From Alphaproteobacteria bacterium (GTDB lineage: Bacteria > Pseudomonadota > Alphaproteobacteria > SHVV01), in NCBI GenBank assembly GCA_965261735.1, contig OZ253470.1, forward strand, positions 160,001-224,000: a stretch of DNA of 64,000 bases, read 5' to 3'. Both the position numbers and the translations under genes were made by a program. Shown here in pieces: positions 28,676-39,166 of the stretch (position 1 is its first letter; each line of letters opens with the position of its first letter). A model generated the notes under the pieces. That model was not told the origin of the DNA, searched no databases, and saw only the letters and a program-made list of their open reading frames with translations.

Positions 28676-30817
28676 ATGAGGCCTGGGGGCCGCGCCCTCG
28701 CGCTCGCGCTCTTGATCGTCCTGGCGATCGTGTCGGGCGGCGAAGTCTTGGCTCAGGCCGACGAACGGCCGGTGCTGCTCCAGGCGGACGAGATTAGCTA
28801 CGACCAAGCGCGCGGTATCGTCGTCGCGACCGGCCGCGTCGAGATCAGCGTCGACGACCGTATCCTCCTGGCTGACCGGGTCTCTTACGACGAGCGCGCC
28901 GACACGGTGGCGGCGACCGGCAATGTCAGCATCCTGGATCCCAATGGCGATGTCTTTTTCGCCGACCAGGTCGAGCTGTCGAACCGCCTCCGCGATGGCT
29001 TTCTGACAAGCTTCCGCGCCCTGCTCGCGGACCGGTCGCGGTTCGCCGCCGCGGGCGCACGGCGTACCGGCGGCAACCGGACGGAGATGTTCAAGGTCGT
29101 GTACTCGGCCTGCGAGTTGGTCCCCGGCCGCCCGCACCGGGCCCCTCTGTGGCAGTTCAAGGCCGTCAAGATCGTCCACAATCAGCGCGCGCAGCGCATC
29201 GACTACCAGGATGCCGTCCTCGAGGTCTTGGGCGTTCCGGTCGCCTATACGCCGTTCTTCTCGCACCCCGACCCCACGGTGAAACGGCAATCGGGCTTCC
29301 TCGCGCCGAGCTACGGGAGCTCGACCGCGCTCGGGCTCATGCTGGAAGTCCCGTACTATTTCATTATCGCGCCCCATCGCGATGCGACCTTTGCACCGTT
29401 GTTCACGAGCAAGGAGGGCGTCGTTCTCGGCGGCGAGTACCGACAGCGCACGGAACGCGGTAACTTCGACATCAGCGGCAGCGTCACGCGCCCCGAACGA
29501 CGCGACGACAACAACCAGCTCGTTGGTGGCCGGCAGACCCGCGGCCACGTCTTCTCCAAAGCCCGGTCGGCCCTCGACGACACGTGGCGGTGGGGATTCG
29601 ATGTCCGCCGCTCCACCGACGACACCTACTTGCGCCGCTACGAATTGAGCACCGAGGATACTCTCACGAGCAACGCATTCATCGAGGGCTTCCGCGGGCG
29701 CAACTATGCGAGCGCCAACGTCTACAGCTTTCAGGGGCTGCGGGAAGACGACGACCCGGGTCAGACGCCGCTTGTCCTGCCGCTCGCGGAGTTCCACCAC
29801 CGCGGCGAGCCGGGCCACCTCGGTCAACTGCTCAACCTCGACAGCAGCTTGCTGGTGACGGAACGCAACGAGGGTACGGACACGCGGCGGTTATCGCTCG
29901 ATGGCGGCTGGATGCTCCCCTACACCTCGCCGGTCGGTGAGCGTTACACCCTGAGCGCCAGTGTGCGTGGCGATCTCTATTGGGTCACGGATGTCGCCGC
30001 CGCCGGCGGAGGCACCAAGGACAACTTTACCGGGCGGCTCTTTCCACAGGTCGGGCTGGACTGGCGCTACGCGCTGATCCGGCCGGGCGAGCGGGTGAGC
30101 CAGACCGTCGAGCCCGTCGTCATGGCGATCCTAGCGCCCAACGGCGGCAACCCGGGCGACATTCCCAACGAAGACAGCTTGAGCTTCGAGTTCGACCACG
30201 CCAACCTGTTCCGCGCCAAGCGCTTTCCGGGGCTCGATCGGGTCGAGGGCGGCGCGCGCGTTAATTACGGCCTGAGATGGAGCGCCCATGGCAGCGCCGG
30301 CGGCTCGGCCGCGGCCGTGATCGGCCAGGTACTCCGCCTGCGCGAAGACGACACCTTTGCCGACAAGACCGGGCTCGAGGACAAGCGCTCGGACTATGTC
30401 GGGGCCGTCAACGTGGCCCCGGCGGACTACCTCGGGTACACCCATCGCTTCCGACTCGATCGCGATTCACTGTCAATTCGGCGCAACGAAATCGACCTTT
30501 CAGCGGGGCCTGCCTTCTTCAAGATCAATCTCGGCTATGCCCTGCTCAGCCGCGAGCTCACGGCCGACGAGTTCGGCTCGCGCGAGGAACTCACCACCAG
30601 CGCTTCCGCCCGCATCACGCCCTACTGGACAGCCACGGCGAAGTCACGCCATGACCTCACCGAGGGCGGCGGGACCCTCAAATACGGCTTCGGCATGACC
30701 TACCAGGACGAGTGCCTCACGTTTCTCGTGGATTTCGAGCGCAACTTCACGTCGGATCGCGACGTGCAGCCCTCGACGTCGATCTCGTTCCGCGTCAAGC
30801 TCAAACATATCGGTTGA
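28676..30817 (+). CDS. lptD: LPS assembly protein LptD
   Basis: LQADEISYD, PDPTVKRQSGFL, PNEDS, YQDEC. Confidence 0.93.
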   Translation: MRPGGRALALALLIVLAIVSGGEVLAQADERPVLLQADEISYDQARGIVVATGRVEISVDDRILLADRVSYDERADTVAATGNVSILDPNGDVFFADQVELSNRLRDGFLTSFRALLADRSRFAAAGARRTGGNRTEMFKVVYSACELVPGRPHRAPLWQFKAVKIVHNQRAQRIDYQDAVLEVLGVPVAYTPFFSHPDPTVKRQSGFLAPSYGSSTALGLMLEVPYYFIIAPHRDATFAPLFTSKEGVVLGGEYRQRTERGNFDISGSVTRPERRDDNNQLVGGRQTRGHVFSKARSALDDTWRWGFDVRRSTDDTYLRRYELSTEDTLTSNAFIEGFRGRNYASANVYSFQGLREDDDPGQTPLVLPLAEFHHRGEPGHLGQLLNLDSSLLVTERNEGTDTRRLSLDGGWMLPYTSPVGERYTLSASVRGDLYWVTDVAAAGGGTKDNFTGRLFPQVGLDWRYALIRPGERVSQTVEPVVMAILAPNGGNPGDIPNEDSLSFEFDHANLFRAKRFPGLDRVEGGARVNYGLRWSAHGSAGGSAAAVIGQVLRLREDDTFADKTGLEDKRSDYVGAVNVAPADYLGYTHRFRLDRDSLSIRRNEIDLSAGPAFFKINLGYALLSRELTADEFGSREELTTSASARITPYWTATAKSRHDLTEGGGTLKYGFGMTYQDECLTFLVDFERNFTSDRDVQPSTSISFRVKLKHIG

Positions 30818-30841
30818 GGAGTCCGCTGCGCGGCCGGACGG

Positions 30842-32191
30842 ATGCTCCTATACTCCCGACCTCACTGGGCGTTTCGGGGACTTCAATTGCGTGTTCGCCG
30901 CACAGCCGCACCGCCTGCCGTGCCGGCGCCTGGGGCGCTCGGCATCAAGGGCCTGTTCATCGCGCTCCTCGTGATCGTCGTGGTGCTTCCGGTACGGGCG
31001 CAGCAGGTGCTGTCCATTGCGGCCGTCGTCAACGACGAGGTGATCTCACTCTACGACGTCGAGCAGCGTGTCACGTTGGTCATTGCCAGTACCGGGCTCC
31101 AAAGCACGCACGCCATTCAGCGGCGCCTGCGTCGGCAGGTCATCAATGACCTGATCGAGGAAAAGCTACAACTGCAGGAAGCGCAGAGGCTGAACATCGG
31201 CGTGTCCGCCGCCGACGTGGAGCGTGCCTTTGCGTTCATCGAAAACCAAAACAAGCTTGCGCCCGGAAGGCTCGATGCCTTCCTCGCCTCTCGCAACATA
31301 GAAAAGAGCGCGCTTGAACGGCAGCTTCGAGCCGAAATCGCGTGGGCAAAGGTGATCCGCCGGCGGCTCAATCCCTCGCTCTTCGTCAGCGAGGACGAGG
31401 TTGACGAGGTGATCGCGCGGATGGAGCGGAGCGCCGGCCAGCCGGAGTTTCTCGTTGGCGAGATCTTCCTTGCCGTCGCCTCTCCTACGGAAGAGGCCGA
31501 CGTCAAGCGCCGGGCGGACGATCTCGTCGAGGAACTGCGGCGCGGCGCCGTGTTTCCGGCCGTTGCGCGCCAGTTCTCGCAGGGTGTCACGGCGGGCATC
31601 GGGGGCGAGGTCGGCTGGGTAGAGGCCGGACAGTTGGCGGAAGAGCTCGACCAGGTCCTGCGCGAGATGAAGGTCGGGCAGGTCACGCCTCCCATTCGGT
31701 CGAGTGGCGGCTTCTACATCCTCGCGCTTCGCAACCGGCGCATGATTCTTGCGGTCGACGACAGCGAGGTCGAGGTCACGCTCAAGCAGATCTTCCTGCC
31801 GTTGACGAGAAACACCGACGGCGCCGAGATCGCTTCGCAGCGCGCCTTGGCCAACACCATCGCGGGCTCGATTCAGAACTGCGAGGACGTCGATCGCTTG
31901 ACGGCGGCGCTACGATCCCCCGAATCGGGGGATCTCGGCACGGTGCGTCTGAGCGAACTGCCGCCGGACTTCCGCTCGGCGGTCGCGTCCCTTGCGGTCG
32001 GCAAGCCGAGCGAGCCGGTCGTCGCGCCCACGGGCGTCCACATCTTCGTGGTGTGCGAGCGTAACGAGCCGAAGGCCAAGGTGCCGGATCGCGCGGCCAT
32101 CGCCGAGCAGCTCGGGCGCACGCGCCTGGCCATGATGGCGCGGCGCTACCTGCGCGATCTTCGGCGCGACGCGGTCGTGGAGCTCCGCTGA
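30842..32191 (+). CDS. surA: SurA-type peptidylprolyl isomerase (start uncertain)
   Basis: IAAVVNDEVIS, ARQFSQ, GGEVGWV, YLRDLRRDAVVE. Confidence 0.88.
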   Translation: MLLYSRPHWAFRGLQLRVRRTAAPPAVPAPGALGIKGLFIALLVIVVVLPVRAQQVLSIAAVVNDEVISLYDVEQRVTLVIASTGLQSTHAIQRRLRRQVINDLIEEKLQLQEAQRLNIGVSAADVERAFAFIENQNKLAPGRLDAFLASRNIEKSALERQLRAEIAWAKVIRRRLNPSLFVSEDEVDEVIARMERSAGQPEFLVGEIFLAVASPTEEADVKRRADDLVEELRRGAVFPAVARQFSQGVTAGIGGEVGWVEAGQLAEELDQVLREMKVGQVTPPIRSSGGFYILALRNRRMILAVDDSEVEVTLKQIFLPLTRNTDGAEIASQRALANTIAGSIQNCEDVDRLTAALRSPESGDLGTVRLSELPPDFRSAVASLAVGKPSEPVVAPTGVHIFVVCERNEPKAKVPDRAAIAEQLGRTRLAMMARRYLRDLRRDAVVELR

Positions 32192-33219
32192 TGGGGCAGG
32201 CGTCTGGCCTACCGCTGGCGCTGACGATGGGTGAGCCGGCGGGGATCGGTGGCGAGATCGCCCTTAAGGCGTGGTGCGGCCGCGCGCGAACGGGTGTGCC
32301 GCCGTTCTTCGTCATCGACGACCTCTCCCGCCTGTCGCGGCTCGCCGCACGGCTCGAGCTCGACGTGCCGATGCGGGAAATCGGCGACGCCGAAGCCACC
32401 CTCGACATCTTCCCGGCGGCCTTGCCGGTATTGCCGATCGAACTTGCAACGGCATACGAGCCGGGCCTCCCCGACATCGCCAACGCATCGGCCGTGATCG
32501 CGGCGATCACGCGGGGGGTCGAGCTCGTGACAGAGGGGCACGCGGACGCGCTGGTCACCAACCCGATCCACAAGGAAACGCTCAACCGAAGTGGTTTTGC
32601 GCATGCCGGCCACACCGAGTTTCTCGGCGCCCTCTCGGGCAACGGGGCGCGGCCGGTGATGATGATCGCGTGCCCGGGCCTGCGCGTCGTGCCGGTCACG
32701 GTCCACGTGGCGCTCGCGCGGGCGCTCGCCGATCTCACCGAAGCGGCGATCGTCGAGTGCGGGCGCATCGTTGCACGCGCGCTGCGGACCGACTTCGGCA
32801 TCGCCGAGCCGCGGCTGGCCGTCGCCGCCTTGAACCCGCACGCCGGCGAAGGCGGCATGCTCGGTCGGGAAGAGGTCGAGGTGATCGCGCCGGCTATCGC
32901 GTGCCTGGAGCGCGAAGGGCTGCGCGTTGCTGGTCCGACGGCCGCCGACAGCCTGTTTCACGTCGAAGCCCGCCGCGGCTACGATGCCGTCCTGTGCATG
33001 TACCATGACCAAGCCCTGATCCCACTCAAGACCCTCGATTTCGTTCACGGCGTCAACATCACTCTTGGCCTTCCGTTCGTGCGTACCTCGCCCGACCACG
33101 GCACGGCGCTCGACATCGCCGGCACCGGAAAGGCCAGCGAAGCCAGCCTGGTGGCGGCGATGGCAACCGCGTCGGCGCTCGCCCGCCGGCGCGCGGCCGG
33201 TGCCGACGCCCGGTCCTAA
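32191..33219 (+). CDS. pdxA: 4-hydroxythreonine-4-phosphate dehydrogenase
   Basis: TMGEPAGIG, LNPHAGE, MYHDQ, RTSPDHGTA. Confidence 0.97.
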   Translation: MGQASGLPLALTMGEPAGIGGEIALKAWCGRARTGVPPFFVIDDLSRLSRLAARLELDVPMREIGDAEATLDIFPAALPVLPIELATAYEPGLPDIANASAVIAAITRGVELVTEGHADALVTNPIHKETLNRSGFAHAGHTEFLGALSGNGARPVMMIACPGLRVVPVTVHVALARALADLTEAAIVECGRIVARALRTDFGIAEPRLAVAALNPHAGEGGMLGREEVEVIAPAIACLEREGLRVAGPTAADSLFHVEARRGYDAVLCMYHDQALIPLKTLDFVHGVNITLGLPFVRTSPDHGTALDIAGTGKASEASLVAAMATASALARRRAAGADARS

Positions 33220-34054
33220 CGCCGCCGGGCGCGCCCCGCTCCGCGACGTCATCGCGCGCCACGGCCTGACCGCGCGTAAGGGCCTCGGCCAGCACTTCCT
33301 CCTCGATCGCAACCTCATCCGGCGCGTCGCGCGCGCCGCCGGCGAGCTCGACGGCATCAACGTGCTCGAGGTCGGGCCCGGCCCGGGTGGACTGACCGAG
33401 GCCCTCGTCGAGGCCGGGGCACGGCTCGTGGTCGCGGTCGAGCGCGACCGGCGCTGCGTGGCCGCCCTGTCCGAGCTTGCGGCCGACTTCCCGGGTCGGA
33501 TTCGCGTGATCGAGGGCGATGCGCTGGGGCTCGACGAAACCGGGCTCGTTCCCGGCCCGGCCAAGGTCGTCGCCAACCTGCCGTATCAGATCGCGACCGC
33601 CTTGTTGCTGAAATGGCTGCGAACGCCGCGGCGCTATCGGAGCCTGACGCTGATGTTCCAGAAGGAAGTCGCCGAGCGCCTGGTCGCGCGCCCGGGGAGC
33701 AAGATTTACGGCCGACTGTCGGTGCGCACGCAATGGCAGTTCGAAGCCCGCAGGCTGTTCGACATAGCACCCGCATCCTTCGTGCCGCCGCCGCGCGTGA
33801 CCTCGACGTTGGTCAGCCTGGTTCCGCGAGAGCGACCGCTCGCCGCGGCCGATCCGGTAGCTCTCGAGCGGGTGCTGGCCGCGGCGTTCGGCCAGCGGCG
33901 CAAGATGCTGCGCACGAGCCTGAAGCAGCTCGGCCACATCGCGCCGGCGGTGATCGAGGCGGCCGGCGCGGCGCCGACGGCACGGGCCGAGGAACTCGCC
34001 ATCGATGCGTTCTGCGCGCTGGCGCGCGCGCTGCGCCAGGTCGAGGCGGACTAG
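33200..34054 (+). CDS. rsmA: 16S rRNA dimethyladenosine transferase
   Basis: LGQHFL, EVGPGPGGLT, ANLPY, MFQKEVA; GTG start inferred. Confidence 0.95.
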   Translation: MPTPGPNAAGRAPLRDVIARHGLTARKGLGQHFLLDRNLIRRVARAAGELDGINVLEVGPGPGGLTEALVEAGARLVVAVERDRRCVAALSELAADFPGRIRVIEGDALGLDETGLVPGPAKVVANLPYQIATALLLKWLRTPRRYRSLTLMFQKEVAERLVARPGSKIYGRLSVRTQWQFEARRLFDIAPASFVPPPRVTSTLVSLVPRERPLAAADPVALERVLAAAFGQRRKMLRTSLKQLGHIAPAVIEAAGAAPTARAEELAIDAFCALARALRQVEAD

Positions 34055-34686
34055 GCGCGCTCGCGCAGCGCGGCAACGAAATCGGCGAGGCCGGTCCGGC
34101 GCTGGCGCTTCAGCCGCTCGCCCCTGAGGACCGCGTGAATGCCGTCGAGGCTGCGATCGGCGTCGTCGTTGACGACGGTGTAGTCGTATTCGGCCCAATG
34201 GCTGAGTTCGTCGGCGGCGCGCGCCATACGGCTGGCGACGACCTCGTCGCTATCCTGGGCCCGGGCATGCAGCCTGCGCCTGAGCTCTTCGATCGAGGGC
34301 GGGAGAATGAAGATGCTGACGATGTCGTTACTGGCGTTCTGCACCAGCTGCTGAGTGCCCTGCCAGTCGACGTCGAACAGCACGTCGCGGCCCGCCGCGA
34401 GCGCGGCCTCGACCTGTGCCTTGGGTGTTCCGTAGTGGTGGCCGAAGACCACCGCATGCTCGAGAAACGAGTGCGCGAGGACCATCTCGGCAAACCGCGC
34501 CTGATCGACGAACACGTAGTCGCGGCCATCGACCTCGCCCGGCCGCGGCGGCCGCGTGGTGACCGAGACCGACATCTCGAGATTGTCCTCGCGCTCGAGG
34601 AGCCGGCGCGAGAGCGTCGTCTTGCCGGCGCCCGAGGGCGAGGACAGGACCAGCATCAAGCCGCGCCGGGGGATGTCGACCGCCAT
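34051..34686 (-). CDS. gmk: Guanylate kinase
   Basis: SSPSGAGKTT, TTRPPRPGE, DVDWQG. Confidence 0.97.
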   Translation of the reverse strand: MAVDIPRRGLMLVLSSPSGAGKTTLSRRLLEREDNLEMSVSVTTRPPRPGEVDGRDYVFVDQARFAEMVLAHSFLEHAVVFGHHYGTPKAQVEAALAAGRDVLFDVDWQGTQQLVQNASNDIVSIFILPPSIEELRRRLHARAQDSDEVVASRMARAADELSHWAEYDYTVVNDDADRSLDGIHAVLRGERLKRQRRTGLADFVAALRERA

Positions 34687-34693
34687 CGGAGGA

Positions 34694-35581
34694 CTACTCG
34701 ATGTTTTGCAGCTGCTCGCGCAGACGATCGACCGCCGCCTTGAGCTCGAGGCCGATGGCGGTGAGCTCGGTATCGGCGGATTTCGCGCACAGGGTATTGC
34801 TCTCCCGGTTGAGCTCCTGGGCGAGAAAGTCGAGCCGCCGGCCCGCTGCGCCCTCGCCCGCGAGCAGGGCGCGGGACTGGGCGGCGTGAACCTCGAGGCG
34901 ATCGAGCTCTTCGCGCACGTCGGCCTTGACCATCAGCAGGGCCGCCTCCTGGGCCAAGCGCTCCTCGGGCAGCGCGGGCACCGCCTCGAGCAGCGCCGCC
35001 ACCTGCTCGTTCAGCCGCGCCCTAATGCGTGCCGGCTGCGCCGCCGCGGCCTCGCGGGCCGCGGTCGTCAGCCGCGCAAGCTCGTCGAGTTGCGCGCCGA
35101 GCACGGCACCAAGGCGGGCGCCCTCCTCCTCGCGCGCCCGTGCCAACGCATCCAGGGCCGTGCCCAAGGTGGCGCGCAGCGCCCCCTCTCTGGCGGCGCG
35201 CTTGTCCTCGTCGTCCTCGGGCTCGCCGAGCTCGACGACGCCGCGCGCCGCGAGTAAACCATCGAGGCGGGGCGGCGCCACACCCGGCGTATCGGCGAGC
35301 TCGCCGGCGAGGCCGATGAGCTGTTCGAGCAGCGGCCGGTTGATCCGTGCCGCCCCGTTTGCGGCGGTACGCGTGAATTGCAGCGACACCGAGACGCTCC
35401 CGCGCGCGAAGCGCTCCGTCACGGCCCCCCGGACGATCGGCTCGAGGCTCTCCATGCCGGGGGGCATTCGGCAGCGCACGTCGAGCGAGCGACCATTGAC
35501 GCTCTTCGCCTCCCATGTCCAGCGCGCGCCATCGGCCTCGCCGTCGGCGCGCGCGTAACCGGTCATGCTGGCAAGCGACAC
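34694..35581 (-). CDS. YicC/YloC family endoribonuclease
   Basis: SMTGY, KSVNGR, EELDRL, GRRLDFLAQELNRESNT. Confidence 0.93.
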   Translation of the reverse strand: MSLASMTGYARADGEADGARWTWEAKSVNGRSLDVRCRMPPGMESLEPIVRGAVTERFARGSVSVSLQFTRTAANGAARINRPLLEQLIGLAGELADTPGVAPPRLDGLLAARGVVELGEPEDDEDKRAAREGALRATLGTALDALARAREEEGARLGAVLGAQLDELARLTTAAREAAAAQPARIRARLNEQVAALLEAVPALPEERLAQEAALLMVKADVREELDRLEVHAAQSRALLAGEGAAGRRLDFLAQELNRESNTLCAKSADTELTAIGLELKAAVDRLREQLQNIE

Positions 35582-35707
35582 AAAGACCTCGCGGGGCCGT
35601 TCCCATCTGCCGAGAACGGCATCGGTGAGCGTGTATCGCCCACTCTATTATGGCGCTCCCTGGTCAACAACCCTGGGCCGCGCGGCGCGCGATCAGCCGC
35701 TGGTGCG

Positions 35708-36691
35708 CTAGTTGCCGCGTAGGCGGCGCCAGCGGGCGACGTTCTTCAGGTGGTCATCCAGGTTGCGCGCAAACGCGTGGCCCCCGGTCCCGTCGGCCAC
35801 GAAATAGAGCTCGTCGGTAAACATCGGGTTCATCACCGCGATGATGGACTCGCGCCCGGGATTGGCGATCGGGCCGGGTGGGAGGCCGGAGATCACATAG
35901 GTGTTGTAGGGGTGCGGCCGGCGAACGTCGGCCCGCGTCAGCGCGCGGTCGAGCGGGCCGACGCCGCCGGTAATGCCGTAGACCACCGTCGGGTCCGATT
36001 GCAGCCGCATGGACCGGCGTAGCCGATTGATGAAGACGCCGGCGATACGCGGCCGCTCGTGGGCCAGTGCCGTCTCCTTCTCGACGATCGAGGCAAGAAC
36101 GCGCGCCTCGGCCGCGTCGCGAAAGGGTAGCTCGGGCTGGCGCCCGCGCCACTCGGCCTCCAGCGCCTCGTCCATGGCGCGGCCCAAGCGCGCGATCAGG
36201 TCGGTCCTCAGATCGCCGTACGCGAAGTGGTAGGTGTCGGGCAACAAGGAGCCCTCCGCCGGAATCGCGTCGATGTCGCCGGCGAGCCCCTCGGTGGCGT
36301 TGAGGATGGCGACGATCTCGCGCGAGGTCAGACCCTCCGCCAGCGTGACTCGACGCACGACCGTCTCGCCGCCGACAAGGAGATTCATGATCTCGCGCAG
36401 GCTCGCCGCGGCGGCGATCCGGTACTCGCCCGCTCGGACCTTGCGGCTATTGCCGCTCACGCGGACGCCGAGCGTGAAGAGCGTCGTATCGCGGATGGCG
36501 CCGGCGGTGGCGAGGTGGTGGCCGATCGCTTCGAGCGAGCTGCCGCGGGGAAGGACGAGCGTGATGTCGCGCACCGACGGGCCCGCCCCATGGAAGGCGC
36601 TCACGCCCCAGCCGAACAGCGCAAGCCCGGCGGCGACGGCGACGGCAACACCTAGGAGTACGAAGCGGACGAGAGTGCGCCGCGCCGGCAT
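35708..36691 (-). CDS. mltG: Endolytic transglycosylase MltG
   Basis: LASIVEKET, LQSDPT, YNTY...GLPPGPIANPG. Confidence 0.95.
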   Translation of the reverse strand: MPARRTLVRFVLLGVAVAVAAGLALFGWGVSAFHGAGPSVRDITLVLPRGSSLEAIGHHLATAGAIRDTTLFTLGVRVSGNSRKVRAGEYRIAAAASLREIMNLLVGGETVVRRVTLAEGLTSREIVAILNATEGLAGDIDAIPAEGSLLPDTYHFAYGDLRTDLIARLGRAMDEALEAEWRGRQPELPFRDAAEARVLASIVEKETALAHERPRIAGVFINRLRRSMRLQSDPTVVYGITGGVGPLDRALTRADVRRPHPYNTYVISGLPPGPIANPGRESIIAVMNPMFTDELYFVADGTGGHAFARNLDDHLKNVARWRRLRGN

Positions 36692-37950
36692 TACGGCGCC
36701 TGGGCAAACACCAGCGACGCGTTGGTCCCGCCGAAGCCGAACGAGTTGGACAACACCACCCGCACGTCACGCTTCCTGGCCACATGGGGAACGAGATCGA
36801 TATCGCAGTCGTCGGAGGGGTTGTCGAGGTTGAGGGTCGGCGGCACGACACCATGGACGATGGACAGGATGGAGAAGATGGCCTCCACGCTACCGGCGGC
36901 GCCCAGCAGATGGCCGATGGCCGATTTCGTCGACGACATCGACAGCGCGTATGCGTCCGGGCCGAACAGCCGCTTGACCGCGGCGACCTCGATCTCGTCA
37001 CCGAGCGGCGTCGATGTACCGTGCGCATTGATGTAGTCGATGTCGCCGGTGTCGAACTCGGCCCGACGCAGGGCCATGCCCATGGACCGGAAGGCGCCGT
37101 TGCCGTCGGGGGCCGGCGCGGTGACATGGTTGGCATCGCCCGACATGCCGTATCCCTTGAGCTCGGCATACATGCGCGCCCCGCGCGCGCGCGCATGTTC
37201 GAACTCCTCGAGCACGAGCACGCCCGCGCCCTCACCCATGACGAACCCGTCGCGGTCACGGTCCCAAGGCCGCGAGGCCCGAGCCGGCGCGTCGTTGAAC
37301 CGCGTCGACAGCGCGCGTGACGCCGCGAATCCGGCGATCCCCAGCCGGCACACCGCCGCCTCCGCGCCGCCCGCAACCATGACGTCGGCGTCGTCGAACT
37401 GAATCATGCGGGCCGCGTCGCCGATCGCGTGGGCACCGGTCGAGCAGGCGGTGACCACCGCATGATTGGGACCCTTGAAGCCGTAGCGGATCGATACGTG
37501 ACCAGACAGCAGATTGATGAGCGCGGCGGGAATGAAAAAGGGGCTGAGGCGCCGGGGTCCCTTCTCGTGAACGATGATCGCACCCTTTTCGATGCCGGGC
37601 AGGCCTCCGATACCGGATCCCAGCAGAACACCGGTGCGCACGCGCGCTTCCTCGTCCTGGGGCATCCAGCCCGAGTCCTCGACCGCCTGTTGCGCCGCGG
37701 CCAGGCCGAACAGAATGAAATCGTCGATCTTCTTCTGGTCCTTGGCGGAGACCCATGCGTCGGGGTCGAACTCCCCCGCACCGGACCCCCTGCTGACCTG
37801 GCACGCAACCTTGACCGGCATGTCCGAGACATCAAAACCGGTGATGCGATTGGCCCCCGACTCGCCTTCGATCAGGCGGTCCCATGTTGCGTTCACGCCG
37901 CATCCCAGCGGCGTGACGAGACCTAATCCAGTGACGACAACGCGTCTCAT
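36691..37950 (-). CDS. fabF: Beta-ketoacyl-ACP synthase II
   Basis: VTACSTG, NAHGTST, GHLLGAAG, SNSFGFGG. Confidence 0.97.
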   Translation of the reverse strand: MRRVVVTGLGLVTPLGCGVNATWDRLIEGESGANRITGFDVSDMPVKVACQVSRGSGAGEFDPDAWVSAKDQKKIDDFILFGLAAAQQAVEDSGWMPQDEEARVRTGVLLGSGIGGLPGIEKGAIIVHEKGPRRLSPFFIPAALINLLSGHVSIRYGFKGPNHAVVTACSTGAHAIGDAARMIQFDDADVMVAGGAEAAVCRLGIAGFAASRALSTRFNDAPARASRPWDRDRDGFVMGEGAGVLVLEEFEHARARGARMYAELKGYGMSGDANHVTAPAPDGNGAFRSMGMALRRAEFDTGDIDYINAHGTSTPLGDEIEVAAVKRLFGPDAYALSMSSTKSAIGHLLGAAGSVEAIFSILSIVHGVVPPTLNLDNPSDDCDIDLVPHVARKRDVRVVLSNSFGFGGTNASLVFAQAP

Positions 37951-38022
37951 GGGGTGCTCGGGCGAGCTAGAGCGCCCGCCCGCATCCAGCTTTCTATTCT
38001 TGGCGAGGGCGTCCGCTCGCGC

Positions 38023-38262
38023 CTAGGCCGAGGCATGTTCCTCGATATAGGAGATCGCATCCTTGACCGTTAGGATCTTCTCGGCCGCATCGTCGGGAAT
38101 CTCGCAGCCGAACTCTTCCTCGAACGCCATCACGAGCTCGACCGTGTCCAAACTGTCGGCCCCGAGATCATCGATGAATCGCGCATTATCGGTGGTTTTT
38201 TCGTCGTCGACGCCAAGGTGCTCGATAACAATCTTCTTAACCCGTTCAGCGATGTCGCTCAT
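38023..38262 (-). CDS. acpP: Acyl carrier protein
   Basis: [20 protein letters not shown]. Confidence 0.98.
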   Translation of the reverse strand: MSDIAERVKKIVIEHLGVDDEKTTDNARFIDDLGADSLDTVELVMAFEEEFGCEIPDDAAEKILTVKDAISYIEEHASA

Positions 38263-38419
38263 TCTTGTACCTCGACCTCGTCCTCGATGACCTGAAGTGG
38301 GAAGAACGCCTCACGCGTGGAAAAGTCCGCCGAACGGGGCGTTGTCGGATTTCGTAGCACACTTTCCGAGCCTTGACCAGAAGCCCCAAAAGGGGGCCCA
38401 CGCACCCCCGAATCGGCCC

Positions 38420-39157
38420 TTAAATCATGATCATCCCGCCGTTGATATGTAGTGTTTGGCCGGTAATGTAGGCGGCCTCCTCGCTCGCCAGGAAGGCGGC
38501 ACAGGCGGCCACCTCGTCGCTTCCGCCGAACCGTCCGGCGGGTATGCCTGCCTTGAGGCGCGTGCGCTGCTCCTCACCAAGGGCGTCGGTCATGGCCGTT
38601 TCGATAAAGCCGGGCGCGACGGAGTTCACGGTGATGCCGCGGCTCGCCACCTCCTGCGCGAGCGACTTCGTCAAGCCAATCAGGCCCGCCTTCGCGGCCG
38701 CGTAGTTGGCTTGTCCGGCGTTGCCGGCAACGCCGACGACGGAGGTAATGCTGATAATGCGCCCCCAGCGCCGCTTCATCATCCCCCGTAGCGCCGCGCG
38801 GCACAGCCGGAAGGGGGCGCCAAGATCGAGGTCGAGGACCGCGTTCCAGTCCTCGTCGCGCAGCCTGAGCGCGAGGTTGTCGCGCGCGACGCCGGCGTTG
38901 TTGATGAGAATGTCGAGCCCTCCCATCACCTCCTCGGCGGTGCCGATCAGGGTGCCCGCCGCGGTTGGATCGGCGAGGTCGGCCGGTGCCGCGTGGGCGC
39001 CGGCGCCAAGCTCGGCGGCGAGCCCTTCGAGGGCCTCGCGCCGGGTCCCACTCAACGTCACGGCTGCGCCCTGGGCGTGGAGCGCACGCGCAATGGCGCC
39101 GCCGATGCCGCCCGAGGCGCCGGTCACCAACGCGCGCTTGTCTCGCAGTGTAAACAT
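38420..39157 (-). CDS. fabG: 3-oxoacyl-ACP reductase
   Basis: TGASGGIG, NNAG, NYAAAK; fab cluster. Confidence 0.96.
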   Translation of the reverse strand: MFTLRDKRALVTGASGGIGGAIARALHAQGAAVTLSGTRREALEGLAAELGAGAHAAPADLADPTAAGTLIGTAEEVMGGLDILINNAGVARDNLALRLRDEDWNAVLDLDLGAPFRLCRAALRGMMKRRWGRIISITSVVGVAGNAGQANYAAAKAGLIGLTKSLAQEVASRGITVNSVAPGFIETAMTDALGEEQRTRLKAGIPAGRFGGSDEVAACAAFLASEEAAYITGQTLHINGGMIMI

Positions 39158-39166
39158 CGGCCCCCC